This document shows, in pieces, positions 29,758 through 42,268 of a DNA stretch of 59,626 bases. Position numbers and translations under genes: made by a program. The number at the start of each line of letters is the position of its first letter. Position 1 is the first letter of the stretch. This DNA comes from Marinobacterium sp. (lineage in GTDB: Bacteria > Pseudomonadota > Gammaproteobacteria > Pseudomonadales > Balneatricaceae), in assembly GCA_003250495.1 (NCBI GenBank), contig QKGH01000353.1:1-59626 (forward strand), given 5' to 3'. The notes beneath the pieces are model-generated. The model saw only the letters and a list, made by a program, of their open reading frames with translations. It made no database searches and was not told the DNA's origin.

Positions 29758-30984
29758 ATGGCGGTGGAACCCCGACGCTCTTCCCAGCCAGGCGGCGCCA
29801 GCCGCAGGCGCCGCACAGACAGCGGGTACAAGCCATTGTTCAATCGCAAGTTCCTGTTGCTGCTGGTGGTCATCCTGCCGCTCGTCATCCTGCTACTGAA
29901 TCGCAGTGGCCAACCGCCAGATCCGCTGGCACGGCTAACCCACCGGGGCGATCTCTATCAGTTGCTCAAGGAGCAGCCCGACTACCGGCTGCACCTGTTG
30001 CTGGTTAGCGCGCCCAACCTGTCCGACCGGGACTGGATCGAGATCCAGCTGCAGCGGGCACGCATCGCCCAGGGTTTGCACAGCGGCGCGCTCCGTACCT
30101 GGCTTTCCGCACAGCAATGGCGGGATGCCGCCGTCGACACCCGGCCCGGTTATCTGCTGCTCAGCTTCACCTTGCCGGACCCGCCCACCGCGGCACAGCG
30201 AAGCCAATTGCTGTCCCTGCTACAGCAACTCCCAGCCCCCGAGCCGGCGCTGACGACGCGGCTGCAGGCCCAGCGCTATCTGGATCAGCAGGCCCCGGAG
30301 CAACAACTGCTCGGCGCCCTCGGCGAGCGCTTAGCCGCCCGTCCCACAGCACCGGTAACCGATACCCCGGCCTGGACGCTGGTCGGTCCCCAGGCCAGCC
30401 AACCCGCCGCGCTGGCGACAAGCTCGCCCCGGCCGCCAGCCGTGCCGAGCACGCCTCTGGCCCCTGCCGAGCAGCAACTGCCAAGCGCCCGCGGCAACGG
30501 CTGGCACCTGCTCGCCGAGACGCTGCCGCCGCCCCGCGATGCCCGGGAGTTGGCGCTGCAACGTATTACCGCCGAGCTGGTCAGCCGGCTGCTAGCCGTG
30601 GTTACAACCGATGCTGCCGCGGACTATCGCTGGCTCTGGCAACCGCTGCCGTACGGCGGCTATCAGGCGCTGCTGCTACGCCAAGCCGACACCAGGCTGC
30701 TCGCGCGGCCCGGCGAGCAGCTCGCCGCCAGGCTGGATCAAGCGACTCTGGAGCAAACCCGCCAGGCCCTGCTCGAACGGCTGGAGGCGCTGGTGCGAGA
30801 CGACCCGCAACAGTGGCTCGATCTGTTGGCGCTGTACCAGCTGCCAGTAGACAGTGACAAGGTATTCCGCGCTACACTTGAGCTGCTCGATCTGGACAGC
30901 GCCCGCACACGGGTCGCACAGACACTGCCGGCAGATCGACGTCTGCACTTGAGATTCGCCAGTACTGGAACCCCATCGCCATGA
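29758..30984 (+). CDS. Hypothetical membrane-anchored protein, possibly a degenerate M16 peptidase-like fold
   Basis: 408 aa ORF with an N-terminal TM (FLLLLVVILPLVILLL) and ATGA coupling to rsmD. Function inferred from position only. Confidence 0.6.
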   Translation: MAVEPRRSSQPGGASRRRRTDSGYKPLFNRKFLLLLVVILPLVILLLNRSGQPPDPLARLTHRGDLYQLLKEQPDYRLHLLLVSAPNLSDRDWIEIQLQRARIAQGLHSGALRTWLSAQQWRDAAVDTRPGYLLLSFTLPDPPTAAQRSQLLSLLQQLPAPEPALTTRLQAQRYLDQQAPEQQLLGALGERLAARPTAPVTDTPAWTLVGPQASQPAALATSSPRPPAVPSTPLAPAEQQLPSARGNGWHLLAETLPPPRDARELALQRITAELVSRLLAVVTTDAAADYRWLWQPLPYGGYQALLLRQADTRLLARPGEQLAARLDQATLEQTRQALLERLEALVRDDPQQWLDLLALYQLPVDSDKVFRATLELLDLDSARTRVAQTLPADRRLHLRFASTGTPSP

Positions 30985-31601
30985 GTCGCCATACCTCCCG
31001 TCCCACCGCCCGCCGCAACCCCGCCCAGGCGGAGCCCTCCTTCGTGCGCATCATCGGCGGGGAGTGGCGCAGCCGCCGCATCCCCTTTGCGGCCGTCGAG
31101 GGGTTACGCCCTACGCCGGACCGGGTCCGTGAGACGCTGTTCAACTGGTTGCAGGGGGTCACGCCCGGCGCCCGCTGCCTGGACCTGTGCTGCGGCAGCG
31201 GCGCGCTGGGGCTGGAGGCGCTATCGCGGGGAGCGGCGTCGGTCACTTTCGTGGATCAATCGGCATTGGTGACCAGAGTCCTGCGCGAAAACCTGCAAAC
31301 CCTGAAGTCGCAGAATGCCGAAGTGGTGAACGCCCCGGCCCTGGAGTGGCTGGACCAGCGCCCGGTCGATGAGGAGCGCCGTTTCGACCTGGTGTTCATG
31401 GACCCGCCGTTTCGGCAGGGCCTGGTGGCACCGATCTGCGCACTATTGCAGCGCCGCAATCTGCTGGCCGATAACGCGTTGGTCTATATCGAGGCGGAAG
31501 CGGAGCTGGCATTGCCCCCGCTGCCGGAAGACTGGCAGCTGTTCCGGGAAAAACAGGCGGGACAGGTCTGTTACCGGCTGTTCGAGCGGATCTCAAAGTA
31601 A
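30981..31601 (+). CDS. rsmD: 16S rRNA m2G966 methyltransferase RsmD
   Basis: RIIGGEWRSR, LRPTPDRVRETLFNWL, GSGALGLEALSRGA, DPPF. Confidence 0.95.
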   Translation: MSRHTSRPTARRNPAQAEPSFVRIIGGEWRSRRIPFAAVEGLRPTPDRVRETLFNWLQGVTPGARCLDLCCGSGALGLEALSRGAASVTFVDQSALVTRVLRENLQTLKSQNAEVVNAPALEWLDQRPVDEERRFDLVFMDPPFRQGLVAPICALLQRRNLLADNALVYIEAEAELALPPLPEDWQLFREKQAGQVCYRLFERISK

Positions 31602-32225
31602 GCCGGGTTTCACCGCCTTCAACCCCTCGATCTGCATCGTCAGCAACGCCGGCAGCTGCTCCATCCGCGTCGGCGAATCGGTTCCGGCGATCCACAGATC
31701 GATGATGCCGATCATCGCGGTCAGCAGGCTCAGACTGAGCAACTCCGGATCGAGTTTTTTACGGATCTGCTTCTGCTTGCGCGCCTGCTTCAGGAAAAAA
31801 TACAGCTGGTTACGCCAGCTTTCGATCTCAGCCGCTATCGCCTCGCGCAGGATCTCCAGTTCCGGCGAACGCGCGCGGCCATAGTGAAAGAGGCGGTAGA
31901 TGTTGAGCATCCGCGGTTTACCGAGCAGCTCGCTCAGCGTGCCCAGCAGGTAATGGTAGAGCGCGCCCAGTGCATCCTGCTGTACCGCCTGGCGCTGTTC
32001 GAGATAGTGGCGTTCGAAAGGGAGCTCGCACTGCTGATAGAGCTGCAGCAGCAGATCGCTTTTATTGCGGAAATGCCAGTACATGGCACCGTGGGTAACG
32101 CCGGCTTCGGCCGCGATCTGCTTCAGCGTCACGGCCTCCGGCCCCTGCCGGCTGAACAGCTCAAGCGCCCGATCCAGTAACGCCTGCCGTGTCGCTTCCG
32201 CTTCCTCTTTGGTACGTCTGACCAC
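31593..32225 (-). CDS. TetR/AcrR family transcriptional regulator
   Basis: RRTKEEAEATRQALLDRALELF...IAAEAGVTHGAMYWHFRNK; GTG start at 32225. Confidence 0.9.
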   Translation of the reverse strand: MVRRTKEEAEATRQALLDRALELFSRQGPEAVTLKQIAAEAGVTHGAMYWHFRNKSDLLLQLYQQCELPFERHYLEQRQAVQQDALGALYHYLLGTLSELLGKPRMLNIYRLFHYGRARSPELEILREAIAAEIESWRNQLYFFLKQARKQKQIRKKLDPELLSLSLLTAMIGIIDLWIAGTDSPTRMEQLPALLTMQIEGLKAVKPGLL

Positions 32226-32498
32226 CGCTCTCCATCCCTTGCAAACTCGAACACACTCCCCCAGCACCGTTCCGAACCGGTACCTCTGGGGCCGCGGCAA
32301 ATAACGTTACGTGGCGAAGGGTTAGCAGGCAAGCGCTGTCACGTACGGGTAACCAAATGGTCATAATTACGTACGATCGTTCACTCTATAACCTGCTTGA
32401 CGGCCGCTACCTCAGGGGAGAGAATTCGCCCAAAATATACCCATAAAGAATATGTAATTTATTTTTTATAACCACTTTGGTTAAATCCATTCTATTAA

Positions 32499-33343
<845 letters not shown>

Positions 33344-33370
33344 AGCCGGACCGATCCCTGCTTTAACCGC

Positions 33371-33398
33371 AAACGGCGGACCTTCGGGCCCGCCGTTT
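33371..33398. terminator. Bidirectional intrinsic terminator
   Basis: AAACGGCGGACC-TTCG-GGCCCGCCGTTT. Confidence 0.75.
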
Positions 33399-33415
33399 GT
33401 GTGTTTGCCCCATCC

Positions 33416-33931
33416 TCAGAGGGTCATGGCGGCCAGACGCTCGCCAAGCCCGAATGCCTGATCCATCCGCTGTCCGATCACATTCTCCGCCACCAGGTGG
33501 TGGGCATATTGCATGTGCAAACAGCGCACCTTGTCCCACTGCGCGATGCCGCCGATACCGTACTGGTGGAACAGATCGGTGAAGCCCAGCTGTTCTATAC
33601 GCTGCCGATCCGCCGCGTCCATCAGCGCCCAGCGCCGTTCGACATAGGCCCGCTGCTGGGCGGCATAGGTCGCGCGCAGCTGTTCGTCCTCGGCCAGCTC
33701 CTGCTCGATCTGCTTGACCCAGCCGGCGGTTTCGATCTCCGCGATCATCTGATACAGCTGGCGCGAGCAGAGCCAGTACAGGGTCGGAAAGGGCTTGTCA
33801 TCGACCAGGGAGCGCATCTGCAGCACCACCGGCACGCCCGCCGGAGTGGCCCAGGCGATAGCGGCGATGCCGCGCGGTTTACGCCCCAACTGGCGTGCAA
33901 TCAGATCAAGCTGTTCGGGTGTCGGTTGCAT
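33416..33931 (-). CDS. DUF501 domain protein
   Basis: RQLGRKPRG, PFPTLYWL, GIGG...KVRCLHMQYAHHL...NVIG. Confidence 0.8.
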   Translation of the reverse strand: MQPTPEQLDLIARQLGRKPRGIAAIAWATPAGVPVVLQMRSLVDDKPFPTLYWLCSRQLYQMIAEIETAGWVKQIEQELAEDEQLRATYAAQQRAYVERRWALMDAADRQRIEQLGFTDLFHQYGIGGIAQWDKVRCLHMQYAHHLVAENVIGQRMDQAFGLGERLAAMTL

Positions 33932-33959
33932 CACTCGTTACCGTTATCTGCGCGGCCGG

Positions 33960-36041
33960 TCAGACATGGGCATACTCGGCCCCCTGACCCAGCCAACGTT
34001 CGATCAGGGTGTCGCAGAGCACAGGCTCGCCCTCCAGCTCCGCCGCGGCCTGTTTGACCCGCGGCAGCAGGTCCGCATCGCGTACCAGATCGGCGATGCG
34101 GAACTGCATCATGCCGGTCTGCCGCGTGCCGAGCACTTCGCCCGGACCGCGCAGCTCCAGGTCCTTCTCGGCGATGCGGAAACCGTCGCTGCTCTCGCGC
34201 ATCACCGCCAGCCGCTCGCGCCCCTGCTTGGAAAGCGGCGCATGATACATCAGCACGCAGAAACTCTCGACTGAGCCGCGCCCGACCCGTCCGCGCAACT
34301 GGTGCAGCTGGGCCAGCCCCAGCCGCTCCGGGTTCTCGATGATCATCAGGCTGGCGTTGGGCACATCGACCCCCACCTCGATCACCGTGGTCGCCACCAG
34401 CAGCTCCAGCTCCGCGGCTTTGAACCTGGCCATGATCTCGGCCTTGTCGCGGGCCTTCAGCCGCCCATGTACCAGGCCGATCTTCAGCTCCGGCAACGCC
34501 TCCTGCAACGCCGCCGCCGTCACCTCGGCAGCCTGGCACTGCAACGCTTCCGACTCCTCGATCAGGGTACAGACCCAGTACGCCTGGCGCCCCTCGCGAC
34601 AGGCATCGCGCACCCGCCCGATCACCTCGTCGCGTCGCGCGTCGGCGATCACGACGGTATTGACCGGTGTGCGCCCCGGCGGCAGCTCATCGATGATCGA
34701 GCAGTCGAGGTCCGCGTAGGCACTCATCGTCAGCGTACGCGGGATCGGCGTGGCGGTCATGATCAGCTGGTGCGGCGTGACCTCGCCCTGGCGCCCCTTC
34801 TCGCGCAGGCTGAGACGCTGGTGGACGCCGAAGCGGTGCTGCTCGTCGATGACCACCAGCGCCAGGTCGGCGAAGCGTACCTCCTCCTGGAACAGGGCGT
34901 GGGTCCCGACTACGATCTGCGCCTCGCCACTGGCGATCCGCGCCAGCTGCGCTGCGCGCTGTTTGCCCTTGACCCGCCCCGCCAGCCAGGCAACCTGCAC
35001 TCCCAGCGGCTCCAGCCACTGGCTGAAATTGTTGAAATGTTGTTCGGCCAGGATCTCGGTCGGCGCCATGACCGCCGCCTGGGCGCCATTTTCGACCGCC
35101 TGCAGCGCCGCCAGCACCGCGACCACCGTCTTGCCTGAACCCACATCCCCCTGCACCAGCCTTAACATGGGCACTGGAAGGTTCAGGTCCCGCGCCACCT
35201 CCCGGGCGACCCGGCGCTGGGCCGAGGTCAGCGCGAAAGGCAGTTGCTGCAGAAACGGCAGACTCAAGCGGCCGCTGGCCTTTAACCGCGGCGCACCCTG
35301 CTGCTGCACGCTGTGGCGTATCTTCAATAACGACAGGTGATGTGCCAGCAGCTCTTCGAATGCGAGCCGCCGCTGCGCGGGATGCCTCCCCTGTAACAGG
35401 CTGTCCTGATCCGCCTCGACCGGCGGCTGGTGCAGATAGCGGATCGCCTCCAACAGCGGCGGCAGCTTCCATTTTTGCAGTAATGTAATCGGTAGCAGCT
35501 CGGCGATGATATCGCGCTGCAACCAATCCAGTGCCTGCAGAATCAGGCTGCGCAGCCGCCCCTGGGTCAGCCCTTCGGTCAACGGGTAGACCGGGGTCAA
35601 TCGCTCTTCGACCGCCACCGGCGTGTCGGCAGCGATGACTTTGTACTCGGGGTGAACGATCTCCAGACCGCTGGGACCGGGCCGCACTTCGCCAAAACAG
35701 CGCACCTGGACGCCGCTTTTCAGGCTATTTTTCTGTGCCGCGGAGAAGTGGAAGAAACGCAGGCTGAGCGTGCCGCTGCCATCCTGGATGCGGCACAGCA
35801 GGGCGCGCCGGCGCCCCTGCACTAGGTCGGCGACCCGGACCGTTCCCTCGACCACGACCTCATCGCCAGGCTGCAACGCCCCGATTGCCACCACGCGCGT
35901 GCGATCCTGGTAGCGTAACGGCAGATGCAGCAACAGATCCTGGATCGAATGGACCCCCAGGCGCTCCAGCTTCAACGCCAGTGCCGTACCGACACCCTTG
36001 AGTTCCGAGACCGCTACCGGCGCCGTGGAGGCGAGCGCCAT
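33960..36041 (-). CDS. recG: ATP-dependent DNA helicase RecG
   Basis: QGDVGSGKT, IDEQHRFGV, MTATPIPRT, QLHQLRGRVGRG. Confidence 0.95.
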   Translation of the reverse strand: MALASTAPVAVSELKGVGTALALKLERLGVHSIQDLLLHLPLRYQDRTRVVAIGALQPGDEVVVEGTVRVADLVQGRRRALLCRIQDGSGTLSLRFFHFSAAQKNSLKSGVQVRCFGEVRPGPSGLEIVHPEYKVIAADTPVAVEERLTPVYPLTEGLTQGRLRSLILQALDWLQRDIIAELLPITLLQKWKLPPLLEAIRYLHQPPVEADQDSLLQGRHPAQRRLAFEELLAHHLSLLKIRHSVQQQGAPRLKASGRLSLPFLQQLPFALTSAQRRVAREVARDLNLPVPMLRLVQGDVGSGKTVVAVLAALQAVENGAQAAVMAPTEILAEQHFNNFSQWLEPLGVQVAWLAGRVKGKQRAAQLARIASGEAQIVVGTHALFQEEVRFADLALVVIDEQHRFGVHQRLSLREKGRQGEVTPHQLIMTATPIPRTLTMSAYADLDCSIIDELPPGRTPVNTVVIADARRDEVIGRVRDACREGRQAYWVCTLIEESEALQCQAAEVTAAALQEALPELKIGLVHGRLKARDKAEIMARFKAAELELLVATTVIEVGVDVPNASLMIIENPERLGLAQLHQLRGRVGRGSVESFCVLMYHAPLSKQGRERLAVMRESSDGFRIAEKDLELRGPGEVLGTRQTGMMQFRIADLVRDADLLPRVKQAAAELEGEPVLCDTLIERWLGQGAEYAHV

Positions 36042-36958
36042 CAACCCGCTTCCGCCACCTGCTGCGGCTGACGGCAGGCCTGGATCGCCTGCATCAACAC
36101 CTCGATCGCCTGGGGACGGGGGAAACTGGCGCGCCAGGCCAGCGCAACCGTGCGCGTGGGCTGGGGCGCCTTGAACGGCCGGGTCGCCACCAGATCGCGG
36201 GAGGGGTGATTCTCGATCGCCGACAGCGGTAACACGCTGGTACCAAGCCCGGAGGCCACCATCATGCGGATCGTCTCCAGTGAGCTGCCCTCGGTGATGG
36301 TGTGCTGGTCGTGGAACGACTGGTTCAGGCTCGGGCAGGCCTCCAGCACCTGGTCACGGAAGCAGTGCCCCTCGCCCAGCAGCAGCATCCGCTCCTCGTT
36401 GATCTGGGCGGAATCGATCTCCTGCTGCTGCGCCAGCGCGTGGTCCTTTGGCATCACCATCAGGAATGGCTCGTCATACAGCGCCCGGGTCAGTACATCC
36501 GGCTCATGGAACGGTAGCGCGATGATGATCGCATCGAGCTCGCCGGTGCGGATCTTGCCGCGCAGCGTCTCGGTGAAATTCTCTTCGATATAGAGCGGCA
36601 TCTGCGGCGCCAGCGCCTGTACCTGGGGGATCAGCTGCGGGAACAGGTAGGGCCCGATGGTATAGATGGCGCCGACGCGCAGCGGGCTGGCCAGCTGGTC
36701 CTTGCCCTCCTTGGCCAGCTCGCGCACCGCCTCGGCCTGCTCCAGCACCTTCTGCGCCTGGCGTACCACCTTCTCCCCCACCGGGGTCACCCGCACGGCG
36801 TTCTTGCTGCGCTCGAACAGCGCAACACCCAACTCCTCCTCAAGCTTCTTCACGGCAATCGACAGTGTCGGCTGGCTCACGTAGCACCGCTCGGCAGCAT
36901 GTCCGAAATGCTGCTCCTGGGCCAGGGTGACGATGTAACGAAGCTCTGTCAGCGTCAT
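36041..36958 (-). CDS. oxyR: Hydrogen peroxide-inducible activator OxyR (LysR family)
   Basis: LysR HTH; GHCFRDQVLEAC redox Cys pair; oxyR-recG operon. Confidence 0.9.
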   Translation of the reverse strand: MTLTELRYIVTLAQEQHFGHAAERCYVSQPTLSIAVKKLEEELGVALFERSKNAVRVTPVGEKVVRQAQKVLEQAEAVRELAKEGKDQLASPLRVGAIYTIGPYLFPQLIPQVQALAPQMPLYIEENFTETLRGKIRTGELDAIIIALPFHEPDVLTRALYDEPFLMVMPKDHALAQQQEIDSAQINEERMLLLGEGHCFRDQVLEACPSLNQSFHDQHTITEGSSLETIRMMVASGLGTSVLPLSAIENHPSRDLVATRPFKAPQPTRTVALAWRASFPRPQAIEVLMQAIQACRQPQQVAEAG

Positions 36959-37003
36959 GCGGTTTCCTCTGTTAAGATACGGCGTCCAGTCGAGGAGGCG
37001 CCA

Positions 37004-37849
37004 ATGAACACACCCCGAATTTTGATTGCAGGCTGCGGTGATGTCGGCATCGCCACGGGGTTGCTACTTGCGGCGCAGGGAGCCGAAGTGTTCGGACTGC
37101 GGCGTACTATAAACCAGCTGCCGGACCCCATCCAACCGTTGCCCGGCGATCTCACCGCCCCCTCCAGCCTGCCATCGCTGCCGCACTGCGACTACCTGAT
37201 CTACTGCCCCGCGGCCAGCAGCAGCGATCCCGAGCACTACCGGGCGATCTACGTCGACGGCCTGCGCCATCTGCTCTCCGCCCTGCCCAACACCCCCCGA
37301 CGCCTGCTGCTGACCAGCTCCAGCAGCGTCTATGCCCAGCGACAACACGAGTGGGTCGACGAACAGAGCGCCACCGAGCCCACCAGCCGCAACGGCCAGA
37401 TCCTGCTCGACAGCGAGCGACTCGCCCTGTCTGCCGGTATCCCGGCCAGTGTGGTGCGCTTCTCCGGCATCTACGGCCCCGGCCGCAACCATCTGATCCG
37501 GCAGGTGCAGCAGGGGATCCAGGCGCCCGCCACACCCATACACTATAGCAATCGAATCCACCGCGACGATTGCGCTGGTGTATTAGCACATCTGCTTGGG
37601 CTGGATCGGAACGGAGAGGAGCTGGCCACGCACTACCTGGCCAGCGACGATGAGCCGGCGCCGATCAGTGAGGTGATGGCCTGGTTGGCAGAACAGATGG
37701 GGGTGGCGCTCAGAACACAGCAGGCGGTACGTCGGGGTGGTAGTAAACGCTGCAGCAATGCCCGGCTGAAAGCCAGTGGCTATCGGTTCCGCTACCGCGA
37801 TTACCGCCAGGGCTACCCGGCCCTGCTCGCGCCGGAGCAGGACCGCTAA
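37004..37849 (+). CDS. NAD-dependent epimerase/atypical SDR
   Basis: IAGCGDVG, GIYGPGR, NRIHRDDC; SD GAGGAGG. Confidence 0.85.
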   Translation: MNTPRILIAGCGDVGIATGLLLAAQGAEVFGLRRTINQLPDPIQPLPGDLTAPSSLPSLPHCDYLIYCPAASSSDPEHYRAIYVDGLRHLLSALPNTPRRLLLTSSSSVYAQRQHEWVDEQSATEPTSRNGQILLDSERLALSAGIPASVVRFSGIYGPGRNHLIRQVQQGIQAPATPIHYSNRIHRDDCAGVLAHLLGLDRNGEELATHYLASDDEPAPISEVMAWLAEQMGVALRTQQAVRRGGSKRCSNARLKASGYRFRYRDYRQGYPALLAPEQDR

Positions 37850-37878
37850 CCGCACCTCGAGGGCTTGGTCGCCGACGC

Positions 37879-40065
37879 TTAGCTGTTGGCCAGCTCGTCG
37901 AGCAGCGCCTGCTGGGCGCTGAAACGCTCCTCGCCCTCACCCGGCTGTACCAGCGTATAGCTGCCATCCGAATGCAGCTGCCAGCTCTGGCAGTTATCCT
38001 TCAGGTAGTAATCCAGATCGCGGCGGATCCGTTCCGCATGCTTGCCGAACAGTTCGAAACCGGTCTCGACCCGGTTCAGCATATTGCGCTCCATCCAGTC
38101 GGCGCTGGAGCAGATCACCACCGGCTTGCCGGCGTTCTCGAACCAGTACACCCGGGTGTGTTCGAGGAAGCGCCCGATGATCGAGCGCACGCGGATGTTG
38201 TCGGAGATACCCGGCAACTCCGGCCGCAGCCGGCACATGCCGCGGATGATCAGATCGACCTGCACGCCGGCCTGGGAGGCCTCGTACAGGGTACGGATCA
38301 GCTTCGGCTCGGTCAGGCCGTTGACCTTGATGACGATGCTGGCCGGCTTGCCCGCCTTGGCATTGCGGATCTCATTTTGGATCAGCTCGATCATCTTCGG
38401 ATGCAGCGTGAACGGCGCGTTGTAGAGCTTCTGCAGCTTCTGGATCTTGCCCATCCCGGTCAGCTGCTGGAAGATCTTGTGCACATCCTCGCCGACCTGC
38501 TCGTCGGCGGTCATATAGCTGTAGTCGGTGTACAGGCGTGCCGTGCCGGAGTGGTAGTTGCCGGTGCCGAGATGGCAGTAGCGCACCAGCTTGCCGCCTT
38601 CGCGGCGCACGATCAACATCATCTTGGCGTGGGTCTTGTAGCCGACCACCCCGTACACCACCAGGCAGCCAGCCTCCTGCAGGCGGCTGGCCAGCTGCAG
38701 GTTGCTCTCCTCGTCGAAGCGCGCACGCAGCTCGATGACGACCGTCACCTCCTTACCGTTACGGGCCGCCTCGACCAGCGCATTGACGATGTCCGATTTG
38801 ACTCCGGTGCGATACAGCGTCTGCTTGATCGCCACCACCTCGGGATCCTTGGCCGCCTCGCGCAACAGGTCGATCACCGGGGTGAAGGACTGGAACGGGT
38901 GCAGCAGCAGCTGGTCGCCACGCCGCAGCACCGAGAACAGGTCGCCCTCCACCTTCAGCTTGTTCGGCAGTCCCGGCGTAAACGGTTTCCAGCGCAGATC
39001 ATTGCGCTCCACCAGATCGCGCACCGCCATCAACCGGGTCAGGTTGACCGGACCGTCGACCCGGTACACGTGTGCCGCGGGCAGCTTGAACTCCTCCTGC
39101 AGGAAGCCGATCAGCTCCTCGGGCGTGCGGTTATCCACCTCCAGGCGCACGGCATCGCCGAATTTGCGCGAATGCAACTCACCGCGCAGGGTGCGCGCCA
39201 GATCCTCGATCTCCTCGAAATCGAAACTGAGGTCCGCGTTACGGGTGATACGGAACTGGTAGCAGCCGGTCACCTTCATGCCCGGGAACAGCCGTTCGGC
39301 AAACTCATGGATGATCGACGACAGGAAGATCAGGTTATCGCCATCCTCGCACAGCTCGTCGGGCAGACGGATCAGGCGCGGCAGCGAACGCGGCGCCGGC
39401 ACAATCGCCAGCCCGGTTTCGCGGCCGAAGGCGTCCTTGCCCTCGAGCTGAACGATGAAGTTCAGGCTCTTGTTGACCAGGCGCGGGAAGGGGTGAGAGG
39501 GATCCAGTCCGATCGGGCTGATCACCGGCACCACCTTCTCGTTGAAGTACTCCTCGACCCAGGCGCGTTGGGCGTCGGTCCAGGCGCCGCGGCGGCGGAA
39601 GTGGATCCCCTGCGCCTCCAGCGCCGGCAGCATGATATCGTTGAGGATCTTGTACTGGCGGGTGACGTTGACGTCGCAGATCTCGCGGATCTTCTCCAGC
39701 ACCTTCTGCGGGTGCATCGCATCGGGACCGACCGCCTCGCGCCCATACTTCAGCTGGCGCATCTGGTCCGCGACGCGGATCTCGAAGAACTCATCCAGAT
39801 TGCTGGAGAAGATCAGCAGGAACATCAGCCGCTCCAGCAACGGCTGTTTCTCGTCCAGCGCCTGCTCCAACACACGGACGTTGAACTGCAGATGGCTGAG
39901 TTCTCGGTTGATATAGAGTTCGGAGGCGCGCAGATCTACCGGCGGCGTTTCGATCGGCTCGATGGTGGGCAGTATCTCCCGGCTCTCCAGCAGTGCGGCG
40001 GTCGCTTCGCACGGCTGCTCCTGATCACTCGGACTCATCAACACCTCTTCGATTGCCTTATCCAT
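37879..40065 (-). CDS. ppk1: Polyphosphate kinase 1
   Basis: [41 protein letters not shown]. Confidence 0.95.
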   Translation of the reverse strand: MDKAIEEVLMSPSDQEQPCEATAALLESREILPTIEPIETPPVDLRASELYINRELSHLQFNVRVLEQALDEKQPLLERLMFLLIFSSNLDEFFEIRVADQMRQLKYGREAVGPDAMHPQKVLEKIREICDVNVTRQYKILNDIMLPALEAQGIHFRRRGAWTDAQRAWVEEYFNEKVVPVISPIGLDPSHPFPRLVNKSLNFIVQLEGKDAFGRETGLAIVPAPRSLPRLIRLPDELCEDGDNLIFLSSIIHEFAERLFPGMKVTGCYQFRITRNADLSFDFEEIEDLARTLRGELHSRKFGDAVRLEVDNRTPEELIGFLQEEFKLPAAHVYRVDGPVNLTRLMAVRDLVERNDLRWKPFTPGLPNKLKVEGDLFSVLRRGDQLLLHPFQSFTPVIDLLREAAKDPEVVAIKQTLYRTGVKSDIVNALVEAARNGKEVTVVIELRARFDEESNLQLASRLQEAGCLVVYGVVGYKTHAKMMLIVRREGGKLVRYCHLGTGNYHSGTARLYTDYSYMTADEQVGEDVHKIFQQLTGMGKIQKLQKLYNAPFTLHPKMIELIQNEIRNAKAGKPASIVIKVNGLTEPKLIRTLYEASQAGVQVDLIIRGMCRLRPELPGISDNIRVRSIIGRFLEHTRVYWFENAGKPVVICSSADWMERNMLNRVETGFELFGKHAERIRRDLDYYLKDNCQSWQLHSDGSYTLVQPGEGEERFSAQQALLDELANS

Positions 40066-40086
40066 GTCTGTTCCCGATTATAGTCG

Positions 40087-41932
<1,846 letters not shown>

Positions 41933-41954
41933 CGCCAGGGTTTCCCGGGAAAAT

Positions 41955-41997
41955 TAGGAAAAATTCCTATATCCATTTCTGCGCCAGAACCCATAAT
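41955..41997 (+). promoter_or_regulatory. Promoter of the Rsm-type sRNA: palindromic activator site plus -10
   Basis: TAGGAA-AAA-TTCCTA (41955-41969) and CATAAT (41992-41997); a second palindrome TTTCCCGGGAAA lies at 41941-41952. Confidence 0.55.
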
Positions 41998-42004
41998 TGA
42001 AGCC

Positions 42005-42148
42005 ATGGATCTCCTGTTCATGGATTGAATATCGGACGGCCCAGACAGCAAACAGGACTCGCAGGATGCGGCGCAGGATGCACTAGTTTGCAAGGAAAAG
42101 GGAAGCCAGCGAGAGGGCGTATGACGGATCATACGCCCTTTTGTTTTT
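42005..42148 (+). ncRNA. Csr/Rsm-family (CsrA-sequestering) small RNA, RsmY/RsmZ/CsrB-like
   Basis: Nine GGA motifs in ~125 nt, several in hairpin loops (TTCA-TGGAT-TGAA, CGCA-GGA-TGCG, GCA-GGA-TGC), ending in the terminator AGGGCGTATGA-CGGA-TCATACGCCCT-TTTGTTTTT. Confidence 0.8.
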
Positions 42149-42268
42149 CCGCCCCGCTACACTCCCCCCTTCTACAGCAATCCCCCACGGCGGCAGTCAC
42201 CAGGACAAAACCGACCATCCCGGCAACGGCACCGGCACCGGGAAAAAACCGAACGACTTAGGGTTGAA

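Noticed and set aside
37972-40083. 703 aa plus-strand ORF, and similar long antisense ORFs over rep, the GGDEF-EAL gene, algC-argB and gpmI
   Set aside because: Antisense mirrors of well-supported genes, caused by GC3 codon bias.
42025-42261. Short plus-strand ORF, including an ATG at 42121
   Set aside because: The ATG lies inside a perfect terminator stem followed by a U tract; the region fits an sRNA better.
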